Source: a virus. Taken from it: a stretch of DNA of 64,000 nt. The stretch is from IMG/VR virus record IMGVR_UViG_3300001846_000239, positions 14,281 through 78,280 of that record. One strand, written 5' to 3'. Both the position numbers and the translations under genes were made by a program. The stretch's first letter is position 1. Each line of letters opens with the position of its first letter. Under the pieces are notes generated by a model that was given only the letters and a program-made list of their open reading frames with translations, was not told the DNA's origin and ran no database searches. Positions 44,477-54,234 of this stretch are shown one piece after another.

Positions 44477-46795
44477 ATGAATGACGGACTAAAACTTATG
44501 ACGATGCACGTAACTAAGCGTGACGGCTCGACGCAGGACTTTGACTTAGAAAAAGTACACAAGGTCTTAGAATGGGCTACCGCTGACATTTCTGGAGTTT
44601 CGATTTCTGAGATCGAACTCAAGGCAAACATACAACTATATGACAAGATTCCAGCTTATGATATTCATGAGCTTCTTATTAAATCTGCCGCAGAACTAAT
44701 TTCTGAGCATACTCCAAATTACCAATTTGTAGCAGCTCGATTAGTTTCTTATAAACTTCGAAAAGAAGTATACGGAGATTATAAACCTTGGCCACTAAAG
44801 CAAATCATTATTGAGAATGTAAGTAATAATATTTACGATGGTGGTATTATGGAATCTTATAATCCAGATGAAATCGACGAACTAGACGCTTACATCAAAC
44901 ACGATCGTGACGATAATTTTACCTATGCTGGTATGGAACAGTTTAGAGGTAAATATCTAGTACAAGATCGAAGAACAAAACAACATTTTGAAACTCCTCA
45001 AGTGTTGTATATGATGATTGCGGCTACGTTATTTTCTAACTATCCAAAAGAAACTCGTATGAAATACGTAAAGGACTACTACGATGCAATTTCTCAATTT
45101 TATATTTCATTACCTACACCAATTATGGCAGGAGTTCGAACTCCAACAAGACAATTCTCAAGTTGTGTACTCATTGAATCTGGTGATAGCCTCGATTCTA
45201 TTAATTCTACTGCTACGAGTATTGTCAAATATATAAGTAAAAAAGCAGGTATTGGTATTGGCGCGGGTTCTATTCGAGCAGAAGGTGCACGAGTTGGTGA
45301 TGGATCAGTTGTCCATACCGGTTTGATTCCGTTTCTAAAATATTTTCAGGCTGCAGTTAAGTCATGTTCACAAGGTGGTGTTCGAGGTGGTGCTGCTACG
45401 GTATATCTACCTATTTGGCACTATGAATTTGAAGATCTAGTAGTACTTAAAAATAATAAAGGTATTGAAGAGAATCGGGTTCGTCACATGGATTATGCAT
45501 TCCAGTTGAACAAACTGATGTATGAACGACTTCTTACTGGTGGTAATATAACTTTCTTTGATCCGAATGATGTCCCAGGGTTATATGACGCATTCTTTGA
45601 TGATCAAGATAAGTTTAAAGAATTGTATGAAAAATACGAACGAGCATATTCGATTCGTAAGAAAACATTACCAGCTACAGAAGTATTTTCTCAACTTATT
45701 CAACAAAGAAAAGATACTGGTAGAATCTATATAATGAATGTAGATCACGCAAACGAACATGGTGCATTTGATCCTAAACAAGCACCAATTAAGATGAGTA
45801 ATCTATGTTGTGAAATTGATCTACCTACAAGTCCATTGTCAGACAATCCGGATGAAGGTGAGATTTCATTATGTACACTATCAGCAATTAATTGGGGATT
45901 AATTAATGAACCATCAGAATTTGAAAAATATTGCAACCTGTCTGTTCGTGCTCTCGATGAGTTGCTTGACTATCAGTCTTATCCTGTACGTGCGGCAGAA
46001 CGTGGGACTATGAATCGTAGACCGCTGGGTATTGGTATTATTAACCTAGCATATTTCTTAGCTAAACGTGGTCTTAAATATGATGAATCAGCCTTTGAAA
46101 TTGTTGATGAGTACGCAGAAGCATGGTCATATTACTTAATTAAGGCTTCTCAGCAATTAGCTGAAGAAAAAGGTGAAATAAATTTAAAAAATCATACAAA
46201 ATATGCCGGTGGAGTTCTCCCAATTGATACATATAAACGAGAGCTAGATAATTTAATAGAGCATAAAGAAAGACTACCGTGGAACGAGCTTAGAGAAAAA
46301 CTCCTAGAAACGGGAACTCGCAATTCTACTCTAATGGCATTAATGCCTGCTGAAACAAGCGCTCAAATTTCTAATAGCACGAATGGTATTGAACCACCTC
46401 GAGCATTAGTTAGTTACAAACAGAGTAAAGATGGAGTTATGGCTCAGGTTGTACCTGGTTATCACCATCTAAAAAATAAATATGATCTTCTGTGGGATCA
46501 AAAATCTCCAGATGGATATTTAAAAATTTGTGGAATTTTACAAAAATATATTGATCAGGGGATCAGTGTAAATACCTCTTATAACCCTGAACATTATGAA
46601 GATAATAAAATTCCGATGTCTGTAATGTTGACTGATCTTGTTACAGCATATAAGTATGGCCTAAAACAGCTCTACTACTTTAATACGTACGACGGAGCCG
46701 GTGAAATAACTGACAATGAAACGCATCACGCGTATGATGGTGAAAGTGAACAACCAACATATGACAACGAAGAATGCGATAGTTGTACTATCTAA
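44477..46795 (+). CDS. nrdA: Class Ia ribonucleotide reductase alpha subunit with ATP cone
   Basis: VTKRDG, QFSSC, SNLCCEI, MPAETS, C-terminal CDSC; uninterrupted. Confidence 0.97.
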   Translation: MNDGLKLMTMHVTKRDGSTQDFDLEKVHKVLEWATADISGVSISEIELKANIQLYDKIPAYDIHELLIKSAAELISEHTPNYQFVAARLVSYKLRKEVYGDYKPWPLKQIIIENVSNNIYDGGIMESYNPDEIDELDAYIKHDRDDNFTYAGMEQFRGKYLVQDRRTKQHFETPQVLYMMIAATLFSNYPKETRMKYVKDYYDAISQFYISLPTPIMAGVRTPTRQFSSCVLIESGDSLDSINSTATSIVKYISKKAGIGIGAGSIRAEGARVGDGSVVHTGLIPFLKYFQAAVKSCSQGGVRGGAATVYLPIWHYEFEDLVVLKNNKGIEENRVRHMDYAFQLNKLMYERLLTGGNITFFDPNDVPGLYDAFFDDQDKFKELYEKYERAYSIRKKTLPATEVFSQLIQQRKDTGRIYIMNVDHANEHGAFDPKQAPIKMSNLCCEIDLPTSPLSDNPDEGEISLCTLSAINWGLINEPSEFEKYCNLSVRALDELLDYQSYPVRAAERGTMNRRPLGIGIINLAYFLAKRGLKYDESAFEIVDEYAEAWSYYLIKASQQLAEEKGEINLKNHTKYAGGVLPIDTYKRELDNLIEHKERLPWNELREKLLETGTRNSTLMALMPAETSAQISNSTNGIEPPRALVSYKQSKDGVMAQVVPGYHHLKNKYDLLWDQKSPDGYLKICGILQKYIDQGISVNTSYNPEHYEDNKIPMSVMLTDLVTAYKYGLKQLYYFNTYDGAGEITDNETHHAYDGESEQPTYDNEECDSCTI

Positions 46796-46809
46796 CAAGA
46801 GGTAATATT

Positions 46810-46977
46810 ATGAAGAAACGACCAAAGATTAAATTTAAGAGTAGTGGCGAATGGGATGCATTAACTTCTGCCAAGAAATTTTACTGCTATCTTACAAAAC
46901 CAGGTATTTCTAAGCGAATAAAAAGGATATATAATAAACGCTTTAGAAAACTGGGCAAAGATGAGTGTGTCTCGTGA
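46810..46977 (+). CDS. Small basic hypothetical protein
   Basis: EWDALT.....YCYL..PG..K.IKR.YNKRFR. Confidence 0.55.
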   Translation: MKKRPKIKFKSSGEWDALTSAKKFYCYLTKPGISKRIKRIYNKRFRKLGKDECVS

Positions 46978-47366
46978 AATGGTTAGCCGTAACACTAGCG
47001 TGTTTACTGTCGGGCACAGTAATGGCAAACGAAGCCCAAGAATTAGTCTTACCTGAAACATCCGAATGGTTACCTTTAACTGCATCATGTAGCTTTACAG
47101 ATCAAGGTCCAATGTTGGAAGAACGGCATGGTGAAATCGCATTAGTTGGCGGCCGAATGGTCGTCGTTATACCAGATGAAAAACGACTTCCTGGTAGACT
47201 TAGATTTTATATTAATACAGAAACAGGCTCTTTCACTATAGTATTTGTAGTTGAGGGACAAAGAAATATTCACTGTATTATTGCCTCAGGTCTAGAACTA
47301 GAGCCACTAAAGTATAAAAGCACATTAAACATATTAAAAAAGAAATTAAAAGGAACATTAACGTAA
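46965..47366 (+). CDS. Exported hypothetical protein
   Basis: Signal-peptide-like N-terminus; inserted between nrdA and nrdB. Confidence 0.55.
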   Translation: MCLVKWLAVTLACLLSGTVMANEAQELVLPETSEWLPLTASCSFTDQGPMLEERHGEIALVGGRMVVVIPDEKRLPGRLRFYINTETGSFTIVFVVEGQRNIHCIIASGLELEPLKYKSTLNILKKKLKGTLT

Positions 47367-48440
47367 ATGGCAGTATTGAAAAAGAATAGAAAATCTCATC
47401 TAACAAAGAATATGTTTTTAGATGAAGCGGTTGATATTCAACGTTATGATGAAGTAAAATACCCACAAATGGATAAAATCACAGATAGACAACTTGGTTT
47501 CTTTTGGAGACCTGAAGAAGTTGATGTATCTAAAGACAAAAAGGATTTTAACGCTCTTACAGAGAATGAACAACACATCTTTACTAGTAATCTGAAAAGA
47601 CAGATTCTACTTGATAGTGTACAAGGCCGAGCTCCTAACTTGGCATTTCTTCCAATCGTATCTTTACCTGAAGTAGAGAATTGGATTGAAACATGGTCAT
47701 TTTCTGAAACGATTCATAGTAGATCATATACACATATTATTCGTAATATCTATCCAGATCCATCATTTGTATTTGATGGCTTACTAGAAGAAAAGAATAT
47801 TATGGATTGTGGTAAATCAATCGCAAAATATTACGACGATCTAATCATATGTAATAATGGTCCGACAAATAAAATAGATCATAAGAGAGCGATTTGGATG
47901 GCATTGATGAGTGCTAATGCTTTAGAAGGTGTTAGATTCTATGTATCATTTGCTTGTTCATGGGCTTTTGCTGAATTGAAGAAGATGGAAGGGAACGCAA
48001 AAATTATTAAGTTGATTGCACGTGATGAGAATGTTCATCTAGCATCAACTACAACTATGCTCAAGCTTCTTAAAAAAGAAGATAAAGATTTCGAAAAGAT
48101 CGCGAAAGAAATGGAGCAAAAATGTATTGATCTATATGTTGAAGTTATTGATCAAGAAAAAGAATGGGCTAAATACCTATTCAAAAACGGTTCAATGATC
48201 GGACTAAATGAAAAGATTTTGGCTGATTATATCGAATGGATCGGATGTAAGAGAATGAGGGCAATCGGGTTACCATGTCCTTATGTAGTACCACAAGCAA
48301 ATCCACTACCATGGACTGAAAAATGGATCGGAGGCGGTAACGTACAAGTTGCTCCTCAAGAGACTGAAATCAGTTCTTATATTATTGGTGGTGTTAAACA
48401 AGATATTGATAACGACGCATTAAAAGGATTAAGTTTATGA
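47367..48440 (+). CDS. nrdB: Ribonucleotide reductase beta subunit
   Basis: FFWRPEE, LDSVQG, ETIHSRSY, EGVRFYVSF, RDENVH. Confidence 0.97.
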   Translation: MAVLKKNRKSHLTKNMFLDEAVDIQRYDEVKYPQMDKITDRQLGFFWRPEEVDVSKDKKDFNALTENEQHIFTSNLKRQILLDSVQGRAPNLAFLPIVSLPEVENWIETWSFSETIHSRSYTHIIRNIYPDPSFVFDGLLEEKNIMDCGKSIAKYYDDLIICNNGPTNKIDHKRAIWMALMSANALEGVRFYVSFACSWAFAELKKMEGNAKIIKLIARDENVHLASTTTMLKLLKKEDKDFEKIAKEMEQKCIDLYVEVIDQEKEWAKYLFKNGSMIGLNEKILADYIEWIGCKRMRAIGLPCPYVVPQANPLPWTEKWIGGGNVQVAPQETEISSYIIGGVKQDIDNDALKGLSL

Positions 48441-48664
48441 ACATAGAAATTTATAGTAAGGATGGTTGCCCCAGCTGTGTTGTAGCAGAAGCAAAAGCTT
48501 CGATGCTTAAAAGAGCATCGTACAAAGTCTACAAATTAGGTGTAGATTTCACTCGAGAAGAATTGTTAGCAAAATTTCCAACGGCTAGAACATTCCCTCA
48601 AATCACAATCGATGGTAAATCAATCGGTGGTGCACAAGAATTTCTAGAAATGGAGATTGTGTAA
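48437..48664 (+). CDS. Glutaredoxin
   Basis: CPSC, TFPQI, IGG. Confidence 0.88.
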   Translation: MNIEIYSKDGCPSCVVAEAKASMLKRASYKVYKLGVDFTREELLAKFPTARTFPQITIDGKSIGGAQEFLEMEIV

Positions 48665-48804
48665 TGAAACGAACGGTTGTAGATTGTGATTATTGCTATA
48701 ATAAATCTATAATTGCTCATAGTGAGGATGATGTAGTATTATTCTGTCCTCACTGTGGAGAGGCCCAAGGAGATGATCTAGAAGAACTAGATTTTGATGA
48801 GTAA
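48664..48804 (+). CDS. Small zinc-ribbon protein (46 aa)
   Basis: Read by hand: CDYC...FCPHCG, acidic tail. Confidence 0.65.
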   Translation: MKRTVVDCDYCYNKSIIAHSEDDVVLFCPHCGEAQGDDLEELDFDE

Positions 48805-49227
48805 ATGACATGGCACTACAAAGGCAAAGAATGGCAGCCGCCAGAAGAGTTCAATCCCAAAGACGCTTATGGCTTTGTTTACATGATAACGAACAGAGCG
48901 ACCAACCGCAAGTATATCGGAAAGAAGTTCTTTTGGAACCAGAAAACTCTTCCTATAACGAAAACTCGGAAGAGGCGAAAAAGAACGTTAGTTGAATCTG
49001 ATTGGAGAGAATACTACGGATCTAATAAACATCTTAATGAAGATGTAAACAAACAAGGCGAAGATTTCTTTTATAGAGAGATACTTCACTTTTGTAAAAC
49101 TAAAGGAGAATGTTCTTACATGGAAGCAAAAGAACAATTCGATCGAGGTGTACTTTTAACGGATGATTACTATAATGGAATCATTCAAATAAGACTTGGC
49201 GGAAACGCTATTAAGAAAATTAAGTAA
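48805..49227 (+). CDS. GIY-YIG endonuclease
   Basis: YGFVY.ITN.....YIGKK, Y.GS, E..EQF, YYN. Confidence 0.85.
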   Translation: MTWHYKGKEWQPPEEFNPKDAYGFVYMITNRATNRKYIGKKFFWNQKTLPITKTRKRRKRTLVESDWREYYGSNKHLNEDVNKQGEDFFYREILHFCKTKGECSYMEAKEQFDRGVLLTDDYYNGIIQIRLGGNAIKKIK

Positions 49228-49236
49228 GGATTTATA

Positions 49237-49842
49237 ATGCTAGAAACAATTTGTGAAGTGATGAAACATTCATACGATAAAGGTATGATTAGTACAAGGG
49301 ATGGTAATGTATCGATTCGACATAAAGATAGAGATTATTTTCATGTAACACCATCGGGTGTAAGAAAGCAAGTCATTCAATATGACATGTTTAAAAAATT
49401 AAAAGCGGTAGACTGTGAAGAAATGTATTTTACAGATATCGCATCGGGATTGAAACCAACAGGAGAATTGCCACTTCATTGGGGACTACAGAAAAATATA
49501 CCGACTGATACAAGAGTTGTATTACATACTCATCCGACGTATATTGTAGCAGCAATGCATGCGGGAATACAACTAAACGAATTAGTTGATAAATTTCCAG
49601 AGCTTGGTCGCTATTCAAAAGTGGCAGCGAATGTTCCAGACGTTCCACCTATTTCACAAGAGTTGGCTGATAAATGTTTTGAAAACCTTGGACTACAAGA
49701 AGATGGAAGTTGCTATTTTGATATTGTAGGAATTAAAGGCCACGGAGTAGTAGCTATTGACGAAACTCCATGGAGAGCATTTGAACATATTGAAAGGCTT
49801 GAGCACATTTGTAAGATTGTGTTGATGTCTGGAAATTACTAA
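49237..49842 (+). CDS. Class II aldolase/adducin-family protein
   Basis: DGNVS, TPSG, E...H, HTHP, HG. Confidence 0.88.
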   Translation: MLETICEVMKHSYDKGMISTRDGNVSIRHKDRDYFHVTPSGVRKQVIQYDMFKKLKAVDCEEMYFTDIASGLKPTGELPLHWGLQKNIPTDTRVVLHTHPTYIVAAMHAGIQLNELVDKFPELGRYSKVAANVPDVPPISQELADKCFENLGLQEDGSCYFDIVGIKGHGVVAIDETPWRAFEHIERLEHICKIVLMSGNY

Positions 49843-49850
49843 AATAACTG

Positions 49851-49879
49851 TGTACATTTATAGAAAGGTGTGTTATAAT
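49851..49879 (+). promoter_or_regulatory. Early promoter
   Basis: TGTACA-17 nt-TATAAT. Confidence 0.8.
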
Positions 49880-49888
49880 ATATAGATT

Positions 49889-50218
49889 ATGGATAACAAT
49901 ATAATTGAATTTCCTATAAAAAGGAGAATGCAAGAAATTGCAGATGAACGTGAAGAGCTTCAAATTGAATTTGAGTTCTTCGCTGATGAATGTAGAGAAG
50001 CGGCACAATTAGTGCTGATGATGATGGAAGAATTTTTCGCGAATGACGCGAGCTCTTTTGACGAACTGGATTTTAGAGATAGTCTAATGCCAGAATCTCG
50101 AGACGCTTTCGTTATTGTAAATTTGATTTCATCTATGCTACTCAGGTATGGTGGTGCAAAACATTTCCTACAAGAATACTTAGATGTGATATACGAAAAA
50201 TTGATGGATGCAAAATAA
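49889..50218 (+). CDS. Acidic hypothetical protein
   Basis: NIIEFP start; coupled to rnh. Confidence 0.6.
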   Translation: MDNNIIEFPIKRRMQEIADEREELQIEFEFFADECREAAQLVLMMMEEFFANDASSFDELDFRDSLMPESRDAFVIVNLISSMLLRYGGAKHFLQEYLDVIYEKLMDAK

Positions 50219-51072
50219 TGATTTTACTTGATTATAGTCAGATTGCGCTAAGCAATATTATAGTGCAAAAACTGAATGATGAAAATATGATACGACATAT
50301 GATACTAAACAGTATACGTATGTACAATAAGAAATACCGTGATGAGTATGGCCAAATGGTAATTTGTGCAGACGGTATTAATACTTGGAGAAAAGAATAT
50401 TTTCCATTGTATAAAGCGCATCGTAAAAAGAGCAGGGATAACTCTGATCAGGATTGGACAGAAATATTTAGGATTCTTAATTTGGTACGAGAAGAAATAA
50501 AAGAGAACTTGCCATATAAAGTTATACACCTTGAAGGTTGTGAAGCTGATGATATTATTGGCACTCTTACAGCTCAAACGCAAGAGTTTGGTCAACATGA
50601 ACCAGTGATGATTATTTCTTCGGATAAAGATTTTATACAACTACACAAGTATAAAAATGTCAAGCAATATTCACCTATTCAAAAGAAAATGCTCGTAGAT
50701 AAAAATCCAAGAAGCTATTGTTTTGAACATATTTGTAGAGGTGATAAAGGAGATGGTATACCTAACGTACTATCACCGGATAACGCAATCGTTGAAGGTT
50801 TGCGTCAAACTGCAATGACTAAAAAGAAAATAGAACATTGGGCCGAAAATGTAGATAAGCTAAAAGAGATAATGTCCCATGAGGAATATAGGAATTATCA
50901 AAGAAATAAGAAGCTAATCGATTTAGGTGAAATCCCAGAGGCTATACAATCGACTATTATAAATACTTTTGTGGAACAAAAACCAGCAATGAAAATGAAG
51001 GTTTTAAATTACTTAATTAAGAAACGATGCAATCTATTGATTGAATGTGCGGAGGAATTTTACAATGGATAA
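50218..51072 (+). CDS. rnh: T4 RNase H / 5'-3' exonuclease (FEN-like)
   Basis: EADDII, SSDKDF.QL, GDKGDGIPN. Confidence 0.93.
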   Translation: MILLDYSQIALSNIIVQKLNDENMIRHMILNSIRMYNKKYRDEYGQMVICADGINTWRKEYFPLYKAHRKKSRDNSDQDWTEIFRILNLVREEIKENLPYKVIHLEGCEADDIIGTLTAQTQEFGQHEPVMIISSDKDFIQLHKYKNVKQYSPIQKKMLVDKNPRSYCFEHICRGDKGDGIPNVLSPDNAIVEGLRQTAMTKKKIEHWAENVDKLKEIMSHEEYRNYQRNKKLIDLGEIPEAIQSTIINTFVEQKPAMKMKVLNYLIKKRCNLLIECAEEFYNG

Positions 51073-51490
51073 ACCATTAATATCTGAAATTTTAGCGCAA
51101 GCTAATAAATTAGGATCTAAAGATAAAAGGATCGAGTATTTAAGAGAACAGTCATGTACTGCTCTTAAAGACATTTTACGTATCGGTTTAGACGATACTA
51201 TTCAACTATCACTTCCAGAAGGTGCACCACCTTTTAAGAAGTTCGATGTCGAAGGCAACAAGAAACCTAAAGAGCTTAGGTTTGTATATACCGAATTTGC
51301 CAAGTTTGTTAAAGCAGCAACACCAAATTTAAATCAATTTAAGCGTGAAACCGCTTTTATTGAATTGCTAGAATCTATTCACCCGGATGATGCCAAGCTT
51401 TTTTGTGACGCCAAAGATAAAAATCTTAAATACAAATATATCACAAAGACGTTAGTTAAAGCCGCATTTCCAAATTTGATTAAAAAATAG
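51065..51490 (+). CDS. Conserved T4-like hypothetical protein
   Basis: LP.G.PP...RET.FI.LLE..HP.DA.L. Confidence 0.65.
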   Translation: MDKPLISEILAQANKLGSKDKRIEYLREQSCTALKDILRIGLDDTIQLSLPEGAPPFKKFDVEGNKKPKELRFVYTEFAKFVKAATPNLNQFKRETAFIELLESIHPDDAKLFCDAKDKNLKYKYITKTLVKAAFPNLIKK

Positions 51491-51556
51491 GAGATTAATT
51501 ACGATACACTCTATATAATGATAGTTTTTCAATTCACTTTAACCCGGAGATTGCTT

Positions 51557-51727
51557 ATGAGTTATATTCAAATTGAACGCCTTAAAAAAGACAGAAACGA
51601 GGCACTATACTATCAAAGAAAACTGTTAAAAAAAGGTAAGTCAGTGTTAGCATATAAGATGGAAAAAAAGATTGCGCATTTAAATCATTACCTGCAGGAT
51701 ATGGAGGAAGTAACTAAAACCCATTAG
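51557..51727 (+). CDS. Small basic hypothetical protein
   Basis: ATG 51557 after GGAG. Confidence 0.5.
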   Translation: MSYIQIERLKKDRNEALYYQRKLLKKGKSVLAYKMEKKIAHLNHYLQDMEEVTKTH

Positions 51728-51739
51728 ATAAGCAAACTG

Positions 51740-51798
51740 CCCCTCGGTAAAACTTTTTTTACTGAGGGGTTTACTTTTGATTGAAAGCATGTTATAAT
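51740..51798 (+). promoter_or_regulatory. Stem-loop (terminator-like) fused to early promoter
   Basis: CCCCTCGGTAAAA/TTTTACTGAGGGG 13-bp stem, then TTTACT-17 nt-TATAAT. Confidence 0.75.
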
Positions 51799-51805
51799 AT
51801 AGATT

Positions 51806-52375
51806 ATGAATATATTTGTTTTAGATGATGATCCAACAATTGCAGCCCAACTCCAGTGCGACAAACACGTCGTAAAAATGATAGTTGAGTCTGCGCAAAT
51901 GTTATCAACAGTACATCGTATGGTTGATGGAGTAATGGAACGTAGACCTTCAAAGTCTGGTTCAATGCTTCAGTATTACAAGCTAGATGATGAAAGAGAA
52001 AATCTTCTCTATAAAGCTTGTCATTATAATCATCCGTCTACAGTATGGACTCGTGAGAGCTGTTGTAATTATAGTTGGCACTATGAGCACTTCAAAGCAT
52101 TATGTGACGAGTATACATATCGTTATGGAAAAGTTCATGCGACAGATATTAAATTAAGAGAAGTATTAAAAGCTTTACCGGTTAACATTAATAGAATGGC
52201 CGGTAAAACGCCATTTAAATTGGCTATGAGCTCTAATCCAGAGTGTGTAGTTCATGATTTAGGTGGAACTAATGCTGTAGAATCGTATCGTAATTTTTAT
52301 AAAACTAAACAAAAAAGGTTCAAAATGGTTTGGACCAAACGTAAAATACCGGAGTGGTTTAATGCCATTATATGA
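51806..52375 (+). CDS. Pyrimidine-dimer DNA glycosylase-related protein
   Basis: MNIF.LD.DP..AA...CDKHVVKMI.ESAQML.T, H.NHP, Y..RYGK.H. Confidence 0.75.
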   Translation: MNIFVLDDDPTIAAQLQCDKHVVKMIVESAQMLSTVHRMVDGVMERRPSKSGSMLQYYKLDDERENLLYKACHYNHPSTVWTRESCCNYSWHYEHFKALCDEYTYRYGKVHATDIKLREVLKALPVNINRMAGKTPFKLAMSSNPECVVHDLGGTNAVESYRNFYKTKQKRFKMVWTKRKIPEWFNAII

Positions 52376-52607
52376 TTTTGAAAATAAAGAGACAGGCGAA
52401 GTCGTGACAAAGATGATGTCTATTGCTGACAAAGCTACGTATCTTGAAGAAAATCCAAATATGAGACAGGTTATTAGTGCGCCAAATCTTATTGGTGAGA
52501 CTGGTGGATCTGTATTAAAAAAGGCTGGTGACGGCTGGAAAGAAGTACAAGACCGAATTAAACGTGGATTACCACCATCACTTAAGGATAATATCAATAC
52601 AAAATGA
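52362..52607 (+). CDS. FmdB-like small regulatory protein
   Basis: MPLYDF.N..TGE, D.GW.EV pattern. Confidence 0.6.
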   Translation: MPLYDFENKETGEVVTKMMSIADKATYLEENPNMRQVISAPNLIGETGGSVLKKAGDGWKEVQDRIKRGLPPSLKDNINTK

Positions 52608-53287
52608 AGAAACCTAACGTTTTAAAGCTCGAACATTTAGTTAAATTAGATCCATTAACAGAAAACCAGAAACTAGCATTTGACGCATTCGAATCGGGCA
52701 GTCACATGTGTCTTGATGGATCGGCGGGTACGGGTAAGACTTTTATATCTTTATATTTGGCACTTGAAGCCGTATTGAAAAAAGATTATGAAAAAGTCGT
52801 GATTGTAAGATCTGCGGTACCGACAAGGGATATGGGCTTTCTTCCAGGAACTCAAGAAGAAAAGGAAGATGCTTATACTCAACCTTATAAAGCTATCGTA
52901 AGTGATTTATTTGATGATAGTGAAGCTTGGGATAAGCTGACCCGATTAAATAAAAAAGTTGAATTTTTAACCACATCATTTATTCGTGGTTTAACTATTA
53001 AGAATGCAGTTGTTATTGTGGACGAATCACAAAACTGCAATTATCATGAGTTGTGTTCTGTTATTACAAGGCTTGGTGAAGATTGTAGATTCATTATGGC
53101 AGGTGATTATTATCAATCTGATTTTACTCGTAAGGGAGATCAAGATGGTATAAAAGACTTTATCAATATCATTAAACATATGAATCAATTTGAACACATT
53201 GAATTTAAATGGGAAGATATTGTCAGAAGCGGTTTTGTGAGAGACTTTATTATGACAAAGGAACTATATGAAAATGGGAAACTTTAA
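52604..53287 (+). CDS. phoH: PhoH-like ATPase
   Basis: GSAGTGKT, GFLPG, FIRG, DESQN, AGDYYQSD, DIVRSG. Confidence 0.93.
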   Translation: MKKPNVLKLEHLVKLDPLTENQKLAFDAFESGSHMCLDGSAGTGKTFISLYLALEAVLKKDYEKVVIVRSAVPTRDMGFLPGTQEEKEDAYTQPYKAIVSDLFDDSEAWDKLTRLNKKVEFLTTSFIRGLTIKNAVVIVDESQNCNYHELCSVITRLGEDCRFIMAGDYYQSDFTRKGDQDGIKDFINIIKHMNQFEHIEFKWEDIVRSGFVRDFIMTKELYENGKL

Positions 53288-53951
53288 ACATGAAAAGATT
53301 GATCTTGGATACGAAGACATGGATGCTAACACTACTCCCGATGGGAGAAAGTATTCTGCTCCTAATGGTAGGAAGTATCCTTCTATTACTACCGTACTTT
53401 CAATTTTAAGTGAAGATGCAATAAGAGAATGGCGCGCACGCGTCGGAGAAGAAGAGGCTAATAGAGTATCTCATAGAGCCTCAACTCGTGGTACCGCAGT
53501 TCACGAAGTTTTAGAAAGATACGTTGATAATGAGGAGGATTACTACAAAGATTGTAACCTCGTAGTCAAATCTAACTTCATGGAAGTGAAAGATATTCTT
53601 GATAAAAACCTTACAACAGTTTATGCTCAAGAAGCTCCACTTTATTCGGAGCATCTAGGTGTAGCCGGAAGAGTAGATTGTGTCGGTATTTGGAATGGTA
53701 AACCTTCTATTATCGATTACAAGACATCGGCTAAACCTAAAAAGAAAAGCTATTGTGAAAATTACTTTATTCAAGAAACCGCGTATGCTATTATGTGGGA
53801 AGAAAGAACAGGTATGCCAATTACACAGTTGGTAACACTCATTGCTGGTGATCAAGGCGCTCAAGTTTTTATTGAGCATCGTGATAACTGGACAGAAAAA
53901 TTATTGGATACTATATCAGAGTTCAATATGAGAAAATTATTTGGGAGATAA
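53268..53951 (+). CDS. PD-(D/E)XK exonuclease (Cas4/RecB-like)
   Basis: YPSITTVL, RGTAVH, AGRVDC, IIDYKTS, Q..AY. Confidence 0.88.
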   Translation: MKMGNFKHEKIDLGYEDMDANTTPDGRKYSAPNGRKYPSITTVLSILSEDAIREWRARVGEEEANRVSHRASTRGTAVHEVLERYVDNEEDYYKDCNLVVKSNFMEVKDILDKNLTTVYAQEAPLYSEHLGVAGRVDCVGIWNGKPSIIDYKTSAKPKKKSYCENYFIQETAYAIMWEERTGMPITQLVTLIAGDQGAQVFIEHRDNWTEKLLDTISEFNMRKLFGR

Positions 53952-53952
53952 T

Positions 53953-54162
53953 ATGAAAAATCTAAGGGACCAATTGGTCAAAACATCAATTCATTATTTG
54001 CAAGGACAAGCAGAGAAACATAGAATGAATATTGAACTTATTCTAAGTAATCCTGTCGCAGTTCCGGAACATCCGAATATCATGGAAACACTTGAGGGTG
54101 AACTTGGTAAGATGGCTGAGTACCATGATAAGATTGAAATGATGCAAAAATATTTTAAATAA
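53953..54162 (+). CDS. Hypothetical protein
   Basis: L.NP..V.EH.......E.EL..MAEY.DK. Confidence 0.6.
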   Translation: MKNLRDQLVKTSIHYLQGQAEKHRMNIELILSNPVAVPEHPNIMETLEGELGKMAEYHDKIEMMQKYFK

Positions 54163-54176
54163 TTTACAAAAAAGTG

Positions 54177-54205
54177 TTTACAAACCCTTCAAAGTGTGGT
54201 ATAAT
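54177..54205 (+). promoter_or_regulatory. Early promoter
   Basis: TTTACA-17 nt-TATAAT with TGTGG extension. Confidence 0.8.
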
Positions 54206-54234
54206 ACCACTATAGATTGATGAAGGAGTTTATT

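Noticed and set aside
15989-48440. Introns or inteins in genes 43, 41, uvsX, nrdA, nrdB
   Set aside because: All are single ORFs of normal length with contiguous motifs.
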